Part shown: positions 1-9,681 of the stretch, piece by piece
Position numbering within the stretch: the first letter of the stretch is position 1
How the letters are laid out: the number at the start of each line of letters is the position of its first letter
Origin: Candidatus Omnitrophota bacterium
GTDB lineage: Bacteria; Omnitrophota; Gorgyraeia; Gygaellales; Gygaellaceae
Reading direction: 5' to 3'
Length of the DNA: 64,000 bases
NCBI GenBank assembly: GCA_018400015.1
Contig: JAGYNB010000001.1
Coordinates: 70,815-134,814, forward strand
Made by a program: the position numbers and the translations under genes
Notes under the pieces: generated by a model
The model's database searches: none
Seen by the model: the letters and a program-made list of their open reading frames with translations, nothing else
What the model was told of the DNA's origin: nothing

Positions 1-1
1 T

Positions 2-658
2 GATGCCCAAGAAGCAGCGGATTTGATTTATTATGTTGTTGATGTATTAAGGTCTCCTGGAGAAGAAGAGCTGAAATTAATAGAAAATATTTCTAAGTTA
101 GACAAGCCATTGATAATGGTATTGAACAAAATAGACAAAGCAGATACTTTTTTATCCAACTACATTGCTCTTTGGAAAAAGTTAGAATTAAAAAGAAATC
201 CCGAATATTTTATGCCTATTTCGGCTCTTACCGGTTTTAATGTTGATAAATTAATTGAGGCGACATTTTCTCTCTTGCCAACTGGCGAAGAGCACTATGA
301 AAAAAATACTACCTTAGATTTTCCGAAAGAGTTGATCGTTGCTGATATAATTAGAGAAAAACTTTTGTTAAACCTAAAGGAAGAGCTACCGCATTCATTG
401 GCTGTAGTGATAGATGAGTTTGAAAGGAGAAACAAAAAACTAATTTTTATAAAAGCAAGAATTATTGTTGAGCGGCCAAGTCAAAAAGAGATTGTTATTG
501 GCAAAAAGGCAATACAGCTGAAGAAAATCGGTACTCTTGCTAGGAAAGATGTGGAAAGAAGATTGAAGAAAATGGTTTATCTTGAAATAAATGTCAGCGT
601 CAATAAGAAATGGCGTGATGATCCCGAGATTTTACACAAATTAAGATATTTTTCTTGA
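2..658 (+). CDS. era: GTPase Era, 5'-truncated by the window edge
   Basis: Frame is open from base 2. G4 NKID, G5 ISA, and C-terminal KH region IREK..L.EELPHS, VERPSQKEIVIGK, KKWR. Confidence 0.95.
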   Translation, partial: DAQEAADLIYYVVDVLRSPGEEELKLIENISKLDKPLIMVLNKIDKADTFLSNYIALWKKLELKRNPEYFMPISALTGFNVDKLIEATFSLLPTGEEHYEKNTTLDFPKELIVADIIREKLLLNLKEELPHSLAVVIDEFERRNKKLIFIKARIIVERPSQKEIVIGKKAIQLKKIGTLARKDVERRLKKMVYLEINVSVNKKWRDDPEILHKLRYFS

Positions 659-703
659 AATGATAATTCTATTTATAGTAGAATTAGCTTCAAAGAAATT
701 ATT

Positions 704-1141
704 ATGAAGAAAATAATACTTATTTATATTTTCTTATTTATTATCTGTAATATTGGTTTTTCACAAGACGAGATATCTGTAACTGCCAAGGCCAGTAAGC
801 TTTCTATTGATATTAGCGAAGCTTTTACATTTATTATTAAAATCGAAGGTAGCTTTAAGCAAACTCCAAAAATTGAGATGCCCGAATTGATAGATTTTTC
901 TGTTTTGGCTAAAAATAATAGCAGCAGTTTTGTTTTAGTCAAGGGTGAAGCAAAAAGCGTAATAGAGATTGAATTAGTTTTAAAGGCAGTCAGAAACGGA
1001 GAATTGGAAATTCCCCAATGTATCGTTAGGCATAACGATAAAGTATATAAAACTGATTTAATAAAAATTACAGTTTCAGGCAAGATGCCTGCTTTGCCCA
1101 GTCAAGACCAAGCGCAAGATAAAGAGGAGATAACCCTCTGA
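704..1141 (+). CDS. Secreted single-domain BatD-like protein
   Basis: Signal peptide; beta-rich domain ending G.LEIP...VYKT..I.I.V, typical of BatD repeats. Confidence 0.6.
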   Translation: MKKIILIYIFLFIICNIGFSQDEISVTAKASKLSIDISEAFTFIIKIEGSFKQTPKIEMPELIDFSVLAKNNSSSFVLVKGEAKSVIEIELVLKAVRNGELEIPQCIVRHNDKVYKTDLIKITVSGKMPALPSQDQAQDKEEITL

Positions 1142-2268
1142 TGATCGATAAAAAGCAGCTTGTTTTGCTTACTCAGAATCTAATCCGTATAAATTCTGAA
1201 AACCCGCCAGGGAATGAAAAAAAATGCGCTCTTTTGATAAGGAAGCATCTAAAAGATGCGGGGTTAAAAGTTGATCTTTACGAATTAAAAAGATTAAGGT
1301 CAAATGTTTTAGCTTATTATAATAGTCCGAAAAGTAAAAAAACCCTTCTTGTCACGGCTCATTTAGATACTGTACCAGCTGGTTCTGGTTGGAGGTTCAA
1401 TCCTTTTAAGGCAAAAATACACAAAAATAGAATTTATGGAAGAGGGGCTTCAGATTGTAAAGGTAATTTAGCCGCGCTCTTGGCCGCTGTAGTTTCTATT
1501 GCAAGAGATAAAGTAGACTTAGGATACAATTTATTATTCTTAGCTTCTAGCGACGAAGAAACAGGAAGCCATCTTGGAATTGTACCTTTATTGGAAAAGA
1601 AAATAATCAGACCTAACGCAGCAGTTATTTTAGACAGTGACGATTTTGGTATTATTACAGCTCAAAAAGGTCTGATTCATTTTAAAGTAAAGATTATTGG
1701 TAAAAAAGCACATGGTGCTTATCCTTATATGGGAGTAAATGCAATTGAGCTTGCCGGTAAAATTATTGTGGAGTTGAAGAAAATTAAATTAACTCACAAA
1801 AAGCACAATTTGTTAAAAGCTCCCACTATTAATATCGGGACTATTGCGGGCGGAGATAAAGTAAATATAGTGGCGGATTGGTGTGAGTTTAGCGTGGATT
1901 TGAGGTTTTTGCCTGGAATGGTCCCCAAACAGATTATTAAGAAAATAAGTAAAATTATTTCTCGCTATACAAAGTCTTTTGTGATAGAAATAGATGATTT
2001 ACAGTTTCCTTACGAGATAGATAATAAACATTTTTTAGTAAAACACTTGCTAAAGGTTTTAAAAGATTATAAAATAGTTTCGAAAATAAAAGGTTCTGAA
2101 GGGGCAACGGTTATAAGCTTTTTTCAGAAACAGGGAATCCCGGCTATTGCAACGGGCTTTAGTAATCCTAATACGATGCATATAAGCGATGAGTATATTG
2201 ATATAGAGAATTTGTATAAAGGGGCACTTGTTTTAGAAAGTTATTTTAAAAACCTATCATTTAAATGA
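1141..2268 (+). CDS. M20 family metallohydrolase (ArgE/DapE-like)
   Basis: HLDTVP, YGRGASDCKG, DEETG, GKKAHG and C-terminal MHISDE motifs. Confidence 0.9.
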   Translation: MIDKKQLVLLTQNLIRINSENPPGNEKKCALLIRKHLKDAGLKVDLYELKRLRSNVLAYYNSPKSKKTLLVTAHLDTVPAGSGWRFNPFKAKIHKNRIYGRGASDCKGNLAALLAAVVSIARDKVDLGYNLLFLASSDEETGSHLGIVPLLEKKIIRPNAAVILDSDDFGIITAQKGLIHFKVKIIGKKAHGAYPYMGVNAIELAGKIIVELKKIKLTHKKHNLLKAPTINIGTIAGGDKVNIVADWCEFSVDLRFLPGMVPKQIIKKISKIISRYTKSFVIEIDDLQFPYEIDNKHFLVKHLLKVLKDYKIVSKIKGSEGATVISFFQKQGIPAIATGFSNPNTMHISDEYIDIENLYKGALVLESYFKNLSFK

Positions 2269-3236
2269 AAAGTAAAATAAAGATCATCAAAAAACCGGCA
2301 TTGAAAAATCCCTATTTTATATGTGCCTGGCCAGGTATGGGTGAAGTTGCTTTTAAGGCAGCAAAATTTTTAGTAGATTATCTTAAGGCAGAAGAATTTG
2401 CTATTCTTGATGGAAGTGAGTTTTATTATCCATCAGGAGTAAAAATTGCTAATGGTATCATTAATCTTAATGAAATACCCTACAATAAGTTTTATTTTTT
2501 TAAGAATAAGTTTGGTGGTAGAGATATGATAATTTTTCTAAGCAATTCACAACCCGACTTATCAAAATATCATGAGTACACAGATTTTATATTTAGTTTT
2601 ATTACCCAGTTCAATCCGAAGCTTGTTTTAAGTTTTGCCGCTTTGCCTAGCCCTATTGAGCATATACAAAAACCGTCTCTGCATATTGCTGCAACAAGCG
2701 CAAAAGTACTGAAACTTTTTAAGAATATTGAGTTTAAAATCCTTAAAAATAACCAGATAAGCGGTATGAATGGTATGATAATTGGTATAGCAAAGAAGAA
2801 GAATTTACATGGTGCATGTATTTTGGCAGAGGTACCTCTTTATATGTCGAATATTTCAAATCCCAGAGCTTCCATGACGATAGTTGATATGCTCCAAAAG
2901 TTTGCAGGATTTAATGTAGATACTTATCCTTTGCAGGAAGAATCAAGAGTAATTGAAAGAGAAGTTAATAAGATAATCGATTATTTGAAATCTACTATTC
3001 AGCCAGAACCAATTTCCGAAGATGAGATCGAGCTTATCAAGGATTTACTGAATAAACAAACCAGGGTTCCTGATTCCATAAATAGTAGAATAGAAAGTCT
3101 GTTTAAGTTGGCTCAGCAGGATACTTTTAAGGCAGAAGAGTTAAAAGGGCTTCTTGATAAATGGAATATATACAAACAGTATGAAGATAGATTCTTGGAT
3201 TTGTTCAAGAAATCCGAGAAGAAAGATATGCATTGA
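2265..3236 (+). CDS. PAC2 (proteasome assembly chaperone 2) family protein
   Basis: WPGMGEVA, QP, ISGMNG, and ILAEVP..NPRAS motifs. Confidence 0.8.
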   Translation: MKSKIKIIKKPALKNPYFICAWPGMGEVAFKAAKFLVDYLKAEEFAILDGSEFYYPSGVKIANGIINLNEIPYNKFYFFKNKFGGRDMIIFLSNSQPDLSKYHEYTDFIFSFITQFNPKLVLSFAALPSPIEHIQKPSLHIAATSAKVLKLFKNIEFKILKNNQISGMNGMIIGIAKKKNLHGACILAEVPLYMSNISNPRASMTIVDMLQKFAGFNVDTYPLQEESRVIEREVNKIIDYLKSTIQPEPISEDEIELIKDLLNKQTRVPDSINSRIESLFKLAQQDTFKAEELKGLLDKWNIYKQYEDRFLDLFKKSEKKDMH

Positions 3237-3269
3237 TCCTGCTTTCTCACTTTCCTCGTTATCCTTACC

Positions 3270-3881
3270 ATGAACATAAAAGGTTTTTTATTCGATTTAG
3301 GTAATGTCTTGGTTGATTTCAATCATTATATCGCTGCTGGAAAGATAGCTGATTTATCGCGTTATGATAAAGACTATATATTTAATCTTTTTTTCGATTC
3401 TCCGATCACCGAAGCATTCGAAGAAGGGAGAATTTCTGCTCAAGATTTTTTTCAAGAGGTTAAAACTACGCTTTCATTGACTATAGGTTACGAAGAATTT
3501 ATAAAAATTTGGAATGGGATTTTCTATATTACTGATAAAAATAAAGCCTGTCTTAATTTTATAAAATTTATTAATCAAAAGTATCCTGTAGTTATGATAT
3601 CGAATATAAATATATTACACTATGAGTATATAAACAGAGAATTCGATATATTTGGTTATTTTGATAAATTGATTCTTTCTTTTGAGGTAAAATCAAGAAA
3701 ACCAAAGAGAGGGATTTATTTTAAGGCAGAGGAGTTTTTGCATGCATCTGCGCAGGAAATTATTTATGCCGATGATAGATCCGATTTAGTTAAGGCAGCA
3801 AAGGATATAGGGTACAATGCCTATATTTTCCAAGATATAGATAACTTTATGAAAGAAGATTTAGTGAAAAAGTATTTATGA
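3270..3881 (+). CDS. HAD-superfamily phosphatase (YihX-like)
   Basis: FDLGNVL, ISN, RKP and ADD motifs. Confidence 0.9.
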   Translation: MNIKGFLFDLGNVLVDFNHYIAAGKIADLSRYDKDYIFNLFFDSPITEAFEEGRISAQDFFQEVKTTLSLTIGYEEFIKIWNGIFYITDKNKACLNFIKFINQKYPVVMISNINILHYEYINREFDIFGYFDKLILSFEVKSRKPKRGIYFKAEEFLHASAQEIIYADDRSDLVKAAKDIGYNAYIFQDIDNFMKEDLVKKYL

Positions 3882-4618
3882 AAAGAGTTTCTTTTGAAAA
3901 TAAATTTTACAGGGATTGGATTAAAGACAATTCTTTGTATAGAATTAATGTTGTTGAGAAAGAAACTGATCTTTTTATTCAGACGGATAAAAAAATCAAC
4001 AATGATTTAATTTTAAAGCTAGTTATCAATTATAGGGCTCAAATTCAAGATTATATAGACACACATAAAGATTTTCTCTATTCCCTTAAACCGTTAAAGG
4101 TAGAATCTAGAGCTCCTTCGATAGTTAAGCTCATGGCACGTAGCGCTAAGCTTTGCGATGTTGGACCAATGGCTTCTGTTGCTGGGGCAATAGCTGAATT
4201 TATCGGTAAAGAGCTTACGAAATTTGGCTGTAGGGAAGTTTTAATTGAAAACGGAGGAGACCTGTTTATAAAAACGAGTGTTGACAGAATGCTTGCAATT
4301 TATTCTTCTAACAAGAAGCTTAATAAGAAAATATTGTTGAATATTAATTCAAACGATTCTCCTTTGGGGGTTTGCGCTTCATCAGGAACAATAGGCCATT
4401 CTTTAAGTTTTGGCGAGGCTGATTGCGTGGTGATTTGCGCTGAAAATTCTGTTCTTGCCGATGCTGCTGCAACCTCAGCATGCAACATGATAAAATCAAA
4501 AAACGATTTATCTACTGCTATTGAAAAATCAAAAGCCACTAAAGGTATTAAAGGGATAGTGGCAATTATTGATAATAGTTTAGCTGCCTGGGGTAATATT
4601 GTTTTGTCGTCGGGATAA
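3878..4618 (+). CDS. UPF0280 / ApbE-like protein
   Basis: GPMASVAGAIAE, ENGGD, SSGTIGHSLSFGEAD, ADAAAT motifs. Confidence 0.88.
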   Translation: MKRVSFENKFYRDWIKDNSLYRINVVEKETDLFIQTDKKINNDLILKLVINYRAQIQDYIDTHKDFLYSLKPLKVESRAPSIVKLMARSAKLCDVGPMASVAGAIAEFIGKELTKFGCREVLIENGGDLFIKTSVDRMLAIYSSNKKLNKKILLNINSNDSPLGVCASSGTIGHSLSFGEADCVVICAENSVLADAAATSACNMIKSKNDLSTAIEKSKATKGIKGIVAIIDNSLAAWGNIVLSSG

Positions 4619-4765
4619 TCCAAAATCGAGATTTAAAAAAATCTTGACATCGCTTTTTAATTATGATAAAAATAATTACATAAGTATTGAGGAAAAGAAG
4701 GAAAATTGAACAAAAATCGATTGCAGGAGGCCAAAAATAAAAGGCCTCTTTTTATTTAAATACCC

Positions 4766-5758
4766 ATGGTAAAAAAAATAGGTTTAACCTTTGATTTAAA
4801 GACCGATTATATACCTAAAGACTCAGATCCTCAGGATATCGTTGCCGAGCTTGATTCTGAAAGGACGATTGGAGAGATTTCTGCTGCGCTTGATGCGAAC
4901 GGGTACGAAGTAGAACTTATCGGAAACACAAAGAATTTACTTAAGAAACTTCCTGAATTGGGGGTGGATCTGGTTTTAAATATCGCCGAGGGTTATAGAG
5001 GGAGGAATAGAGAATCTCAGGTACCTATCCTGTTGGAGATGTTTGATATTCCTTTTATCGGTGCAGATGCCTTGACTTTAGGTTTGACTTTGGACAAGAC
5101 TTTGGCTAAAAAGGTATTTATTGCTGAAAATATTCCTACGCCTGATTTTTTTGAGGTAAATTCAGTTAATGAAGTCGGTAATGCAAATGATTATAAATTT
5201 CCTCTTTTTGTAAAGCCACGACATGAGGGTTCTTCCAAAGGTCTTACGGAAGCTTCCCGGGTTGTTGATATCGAGGGTTTAAAAAAACAAGTTAGGTTGG
5301 TAACTGAGGTTTACAAGCAGCCTGCTTTAGTCGAAGAGTTTATAAAAGGAAGGGAATTTACCGTAGCTATTATTGGTAATGATAATCCAGAGGTATTTCC
5401 TTCGGTTCAGGTTGAAATCGATAATGAAATAAATCTTGGGGATAAATTCTATACTTTTGCCAGAATTACATCCGATAGGCTTAAATATGTTTGTCCTGCA
5501 AAGATACCGGAAAGCCTCGAGAACAAATTAAGAGAATTTGCTTTAAGAGTTTACAGATCAGTTGGTTGCAGGGATTTCGGAAGGGTTGATTTTCGTGTTG
5601 ATGACCAAGACAGACCGTTTGTTTTGGAGATAAATCCTTTACCGATACTGTCCCATGAGGATACGTTTATGATTGTTGCGCAATATAAAAAAATAGGGTA
5701 TAATGGAATCATAAAAATGATAGTTGATGCAGCCATTAATAGATTAAATCTAAATTAA
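4766..5758 (+). CDS. ATP-grasp ligase, D-Ala-D-Ala ligase-like
   Basis: NIAEG..GRNRE, LDK, VKP..EGSSKG, EEFIKGREFT, RVDFR, LEINPLP; lacks the canonical Ddl N-terminal GG.S.E motif. Confidence 0.85.
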   Translation: MVKKIGLTFDLKTDYIPKDSDPQDIVAELDSERTIGEISAALDANGYEVELIGNTKNLLKKLPELGVDLVLNIAEGYRGRNRESQVPILLEMFDIPFIGADALTLGLTLDKTLAKKVFIAENIPTPDFFEVNSVNEVGNANDYKFPLFVKPRHEGSSKGLTEASRVVDIEGLKKQVRLVTEVYKQPALVEEFIKGREFTVAIIGNDNPEVFPSVQVEIDNEINLGDKFYTFARITSDRLKYVCPAKIPESLENKLREFALRVYRSVGCRDFGRVDFRVDDQDRPFVLEINPLPILSHEDTFMIVAQYKKIGYNGIIKMIVDAAINRLNLN

Positions 5759-5773
5759 AAGGAGAATAAATAA

Positions 5774-6985
5774 TTGGCTAACAACTCAACTGATACTTTA
5801 AGTAATACGGTTGATATTACCCAGGATATTGCTAAAAAATCTTCACAACAGCCTTCCAAAAATAAGCGTTTGTATTTTCCCATAGATTACAAACAGATAG
5901 AATTGTTTAAAGATGTTAATCCTTTAGAATGGGAAGATTGGCATTGGCAGATTAAAAACCGCATACGAAGAAAAGAAGAACTTCAGCAGTTAATTAATCT
6001 TACTTTTGAAGAAGAAAAAGGTTTAAAGCTTTCTGACAGCAGACTTTCTGTTGCCATTACTCCTTATTGGGCAACTATGATTGACCCGAATAATCCCAAG
6101 TGTCCGATTAGAAAGCAAATGGTTCCAGTGGCATCGGAATTTCAGGTTGGTAATCATGAGATGAGAGATCCCTGTGCAGAAGATAGAGATTCTCCCGCAC
6201 ATGGTTTGGTACATCGTTATCCGGATAGAGTATTGTTGTTAGCGACCGAACAGTGTGCTTCTTATTGCCGGCATTGTACGAGAAGACGCTTAGTGGGCGA
6301 AAAAAAAGAAATTCCCTCAGTTAATAAACTTGATGCTGCTTATGATTATATCCGCTCCAATAAAAAGATACGAGATGTATTGATCTCAGGAGGCGATCCT
6401 TTGATGCTCGAGGACGAGGCGCTGGAAAATATTTTTAAAAATATTCGTTCTATTTCACATGTGGAATTCTTGAGAATTGGAACAAGAGTTCCAGCTACTC
6501 TTCCTCAGAGAATAACAGAAAATTTATTGAAGATTTTCAAAAAATATGGTCCTATATGGATGAGCATTCATTTTAACCATCCTAAAGAAATTACTAAGCG
6601 TTGTCGTCAGGCATGTGAGATGCTCTCCGATGCCGGGATTCCTTTGGGCAGTCAGACAGTGTTGCTAAAAGATATAAACGATAAACCATTTGTTATGAGA
6701 AAGCTTTTTCATGATCTTTTAAAAATTAGGGTGCGTCCATATTATATCTATCAATGCGATCCTGTAAAGGGAACAGCACATTTTAGGACTCCTGTTGCTG
6801 TAGGAATCAATATAATTGAGAAATTAAGAGGTTATACTTCTGGATACGCTGTGCCGACATACGTTATTGATGCGCCTGGAGGAGGAGGCAAGATACCTAT
6901 CGGACCCAATTATATACTTTCTCAGGCAAAAGGAAGATATACTCTTCGTAATTATAAGGGTAAGATTTATACCTATCTGGAATAG
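5774..6985 (+). CDS. kamA: KamA-family radical SAM enzyme (lysine 2,3-aminomutase-like)
   Basis: WEDWHWQ, GLVHRYPDR, CASYCRHCTRRR, SGGDPL, and PLP-lysine motif DAPGGGGK. TTG start after AAGGAG. Confidence 0.88.
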   Translation: MANNSTDTLSNTVDITQDIAKKSSQQPSKNKRLYFPIDYKQIELFKDVNPLEWEDWHWQIKNRIRRKEELQQLINLTFEEEKGLKLSDSRLSVAITPYWATMIDPNNPKCPIRKQMVPVASEFQVGNHEMRDPCAEDRDSPAHGLVHRYPDRVLLLATEQCASYCRHCTRRRLVGEKKEIPSVNKLDAAYDYIRSNKKIRDVLISGGDPLMLEDEALENIFKNIRSISHVEFLRIGTRVPATLPQRITENLLKIFKKYGPIWMSIHFNHPKEITKRCRQACEMLSDAGIPLGSQTVLLKDINDKPFVMRKLFHDLLKIRVRPYYIYQCDPVKGTAHFRTPVAVGINIIEKLRGYTSGYAVPTYVIDAPGGGGKIPIGPNYILSQAKGRYTLRNYKGKIYTYLE

Positions 6986-7026
6986 ACTCAAATCAAATTA
7001 ATACCGGTTAAGTTAAGGAGTTGCAT

Positions 7027-8970
7027 ATGCTGGAAAATAAACGTAATTTCATTTTATTAGGGCATGCGCATTGTGGAAAAACTTCTTTAGCTGAAAGCCT
7101 TTTGTTTAACGCAAAAGCTACAACCCGCAAGGGAACCGTTGATGAAGGCAATACCGTATCTGATTATAACAGCGATGAGATAACGCGGAAAATATCTATA
7201 AGCGCGTCATTTCTGAACTTAAATTATAAAGATCATAATATTCAGATTATCGATGTTCCTGGATATGCTGATTTTGCCGGAGAAGCGGTTTCATGTGCGT
7301 ATGCAGTTGATGCCGCTGTTTTGGTTATCGATGCGGTTAATGGTGTTAGTGTAGGTACAGAATTCGCTTGGGATTTAACCGATAAATTAAGATTGCCAAG
7401 AATAGTTTTTATCAATAAGCTGGATAAGGAAAATACAAGTTTTGACAAAACATTAGAAGATATAAAGTCAGTTTTTGGTAATAAGTTTTTTGTTTTGGGA
7501 AAATTAGATGATCCGTCATTAATCGAAGTTGTTGCTGAAAGTGATGATAAGCTGCTGGAAAAATACCTTGATTCGGGCACGCTTTCTCAGGAAGAAGTAG
7601 CACATGGTTTAAGGGAAGCGATTGATAATGCAAAGTTATTTCCGGTAATAGGAGGCAGTGTAGCCGAAGATAAAGGAATAGGAGAGCTTCTGCAGGCAAT
7701 AGTGGATTATTTACCGTCGCCATTAGAAAGGCCGGAAATAGAAAAAAAGGCTGAAAGCGGAGAAATGATAAAGTTGGATTTAAATGATCAAAAGTTGTCC
7801 GCTTTTGTTTTTAAGAGTCTAATCGATCCTTATGTGGGGCAGCTGAGTATTATTAGAGTTTTTTCCGGGAGCCTAAAGGCCAACACCTCTTTTTATAATA
7901 TATCCAGGTCTTTGAAAGAAAGAATAGGTACAATTTATATAATGCAGGGTAAGGAACAAAAATCTATCGATGAAGCAACAGCCGGAGATATAATCGCTGT
8001 TGCAAAATTAAAGGATACGCATAGTGGAGATTCTCTTTCTGGCGACGACAAGGGGTTTATATTTATGCCGTTAGCATTTCCGGAATCAGCGATATCTTTT
8101 TCTGTTAAGCCAAAATCACGCGAAGACGAAGAAAAGATTTCCGGAGCCTTGGCAAAGCTTGCCAATGAGGATCCTACATTTAACGTGGGTAGAGACCCGC
8201 AGACTAAGGAATTAATCATTTCCGGGCTTGGTGACTTGCATCTTGAAGTAATGATTTCACGGCTTAAAGAAAGATTTAAAGTCGAAGTTGAATTAGGGAC
8301 GCCTAAGATTCCTTATAAAGAAACAATTAGAAAAAGTGCTAAGGCCCAAGGTAAATATAAAAAACAATCCGGAGGAAGAGGCCAATATGGAGATGTTTGG
8401 CTTGAGATTAAACCGCTTGGGCGAGGCGGGGGATTTGAGTTTGAAGATAAGATTTTTGGAGGAGCGATTCCGAAAAATTACGTTCCGTCAGTTGAAAAAG
8501 GTGTTCGTCAAACAATGGCTCAAGGAGTTGTGGCAGGTTGTCCTGTGGAGGATATAAAAGTAATTGTATATGATGGCTCATATCATCCGGTAGATTCTTC
8601 TGATATGGCCTTTCAGATTGCCGGCCGGATGGCTTTTAGAAAGGCAGTTCAAGATTCAGGACCGGTTCTTTTAGAGCCGATTATGGATGTAGAAATTTCC
8701 ATTCCGGAGGATTTCCTGGGACAGATTTCCGGGGATATAAACTCCCGTAGAGGTAGAGTTATGGGCATGGAAGTAAAAGGAAAGACTCAAATAGTAAAGG
8801 CTAAAGTTCCTTTATCCGAAATGTTCAAATATGCAAACGATCTTCGCTCTATGACCGGAGGAAGAGGTTCTTATGTTATGCGATTTTCTTCCTATGAAGA
8901 AGTTCCTTCCCGGGTTGCCTCAACGATTATTGATAATTACCAAAAGACCCAGAAACATGAAGAAGAATAG
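7027..8970 (+). CDS. Elongation factor G-like paralog (EF-G2)
   Basis: GHAHCGKTS, DVPGYADF, NKLD, GDLHLE, KKQSGGRGQYG, DGSYHPVDSS. Not in an rpsL-rpsG operon. ATG at 7027 follows AAGGAG. Confidence 0.92.
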   Translation: MLENKRNFILLGHAHCGKTSLAESLLFNAKATTRKGTVDEGNTVSDYNSDEITRKISISASFLNLNYKDHNIQIIDVPGYADFAGEAVSCAYAVDAAVLVIDAVNGVSVGTEFAWDLTDKLRLPRIVFINKLDKENTSFDKTLEDIKSVFGNKFFVLGKLDDPSLIEVVAESDDKLLEKYLDSGTLSQEEVAHGLREAIDNAKLFPVIGGSVAEDKGIGELLQAIVDYLPSPLERPEIEKKAESGEMIKLDLNDQKLSAFVFKSLIDPYVGQLSIIRVFSGSLKANTSFYNISRSLKERIGTIYIMQGKEQKSIDEATAGDIIAVAKLKDTHSGDSLSGDDKGFIFMPLAFPESAISFSVKPKSREDEEKISGALAKLANEDPTFNVGRDPQTKELIISGLGDLHLEVMISRLKERFKVEVELGTPKIPYKETIRKSAKAQGKYKKQSGGRGQYGDVWLEIKPLGRGGGFEFEDKIFGGAIPKNYVPSVEKGVRQTMAQGVVAGCPVEDIKVIVYDGSYHPVDSSDMAFQIAGRMAFRKAVQDSGPVLLEPIMDVEISIPEDFLGQISGDINSRRGRVMGMEVKGKTQIVKAKVPLSEMFKYANDLRSMTGGRGSYVMRFSSYEEVPSRVASTIIDNYQKTQKHEEE

Positions 8971-8981
8971 GGGCTATAACG

Positions 8982-9677
8982 ATGATTAAAGTTTCTGTTT
9001 TCGGCTTAGATTGTCCTGTTGGTAGAATAAAGGTTAAAGACCAGCGTTTGGATAGAATAAAAGAGCTTTATAGCGCTTCTAAGAAAACCTATCTTGAGCT
9101 GGAGGTAGTTTCTCAAGATAAGGCTGCGCAAAGTGACGGTTTAGTTGTTTTAAAAGATAATAAACTTGATGTAATCATTGTTGATCTGGAGATTATTGAT
9201 AAAAGATTAGTCAGTCCGCAGGAAGAAGAAAAAAACCTTCTTTTGTCTCTGAAAAAGAATTTAGAAGAAGAAAAGTTTATTAATCAGATTAAAATTAGCG
9301 ATTCCGAAAAAGATCTTTTAAGACAGTATCCCTTATTAAGCAATAAGCCCATATTTACAGTAGAAACATTCGAAGAAGACATGCAGAAGGTGCTATTTGA
9401 TGCATATTACCATTTTGGATTTATGAATTTTTTTACTGCCGGTCCGAAAGAAGCCAGGGCTTGGAGCGTAGAAAAAGATATTACCGCATACGAAGCCAGC
9501 GGTTGCATTCATTCTGATATTCAAAAAGGGTTTATTAAGGCAGAGGTATTAGCTTATGATGATCTTGAAAAAAGCGGTTCTTTCAATAATGCCCGTTCAC
9601 AAAACTTGGTACGTTTAGAAAACAGGGATTATGTAGTCAAAGATGCCGATATTATAACTTTTCGGTTTAATAAATAA
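8982..9677 (+). CDS. YchF-derived protein (DUF933/TGS C-terminus) lacking G-motifs
   Basis: FFTAGPKEARAW, IHSDIQKGFIKAEV, DYVVKDADIITFRFN match the YchF C-terminus; no GxxxxGKS or DxxG. Confidence 0.85.
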   Translation: MIKVSVFGLDCPVGRIKVKDQRLDRIKELYSASKKTYLELEVVSQDKAAQSDGLVVLKDNKLDVIIVDLEIIDKRLVSPQEEEKNLLLSLKKNLEEEKFINQIKISDSEKDLLRQYPLLSNKPIFTVETFEEDMQKVLFDAYYHFGFMNFFTAGPKEARAWSVEKDITAYEASGCIHSDIQKGFIKAEVLAYDDLEKSGSFNNARSQNLVRLENRDYVVKDADIITFRFNK

Positions 9678-9681
9678 AACA

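Noticed and set aside
4766-5758. Calling this ddl
   Set aside because: Lacks the Ddl N-terminal GGxSxE and LHG motifs and is not in a cell-wall cluster.
7027-8970. Calling this the canonical fusA
   Set aside because: Divergent G1 (GHAHCGKT) and switch I (RKISI rather than RGITI), and no str-operon context; it is an EF-G paralog.
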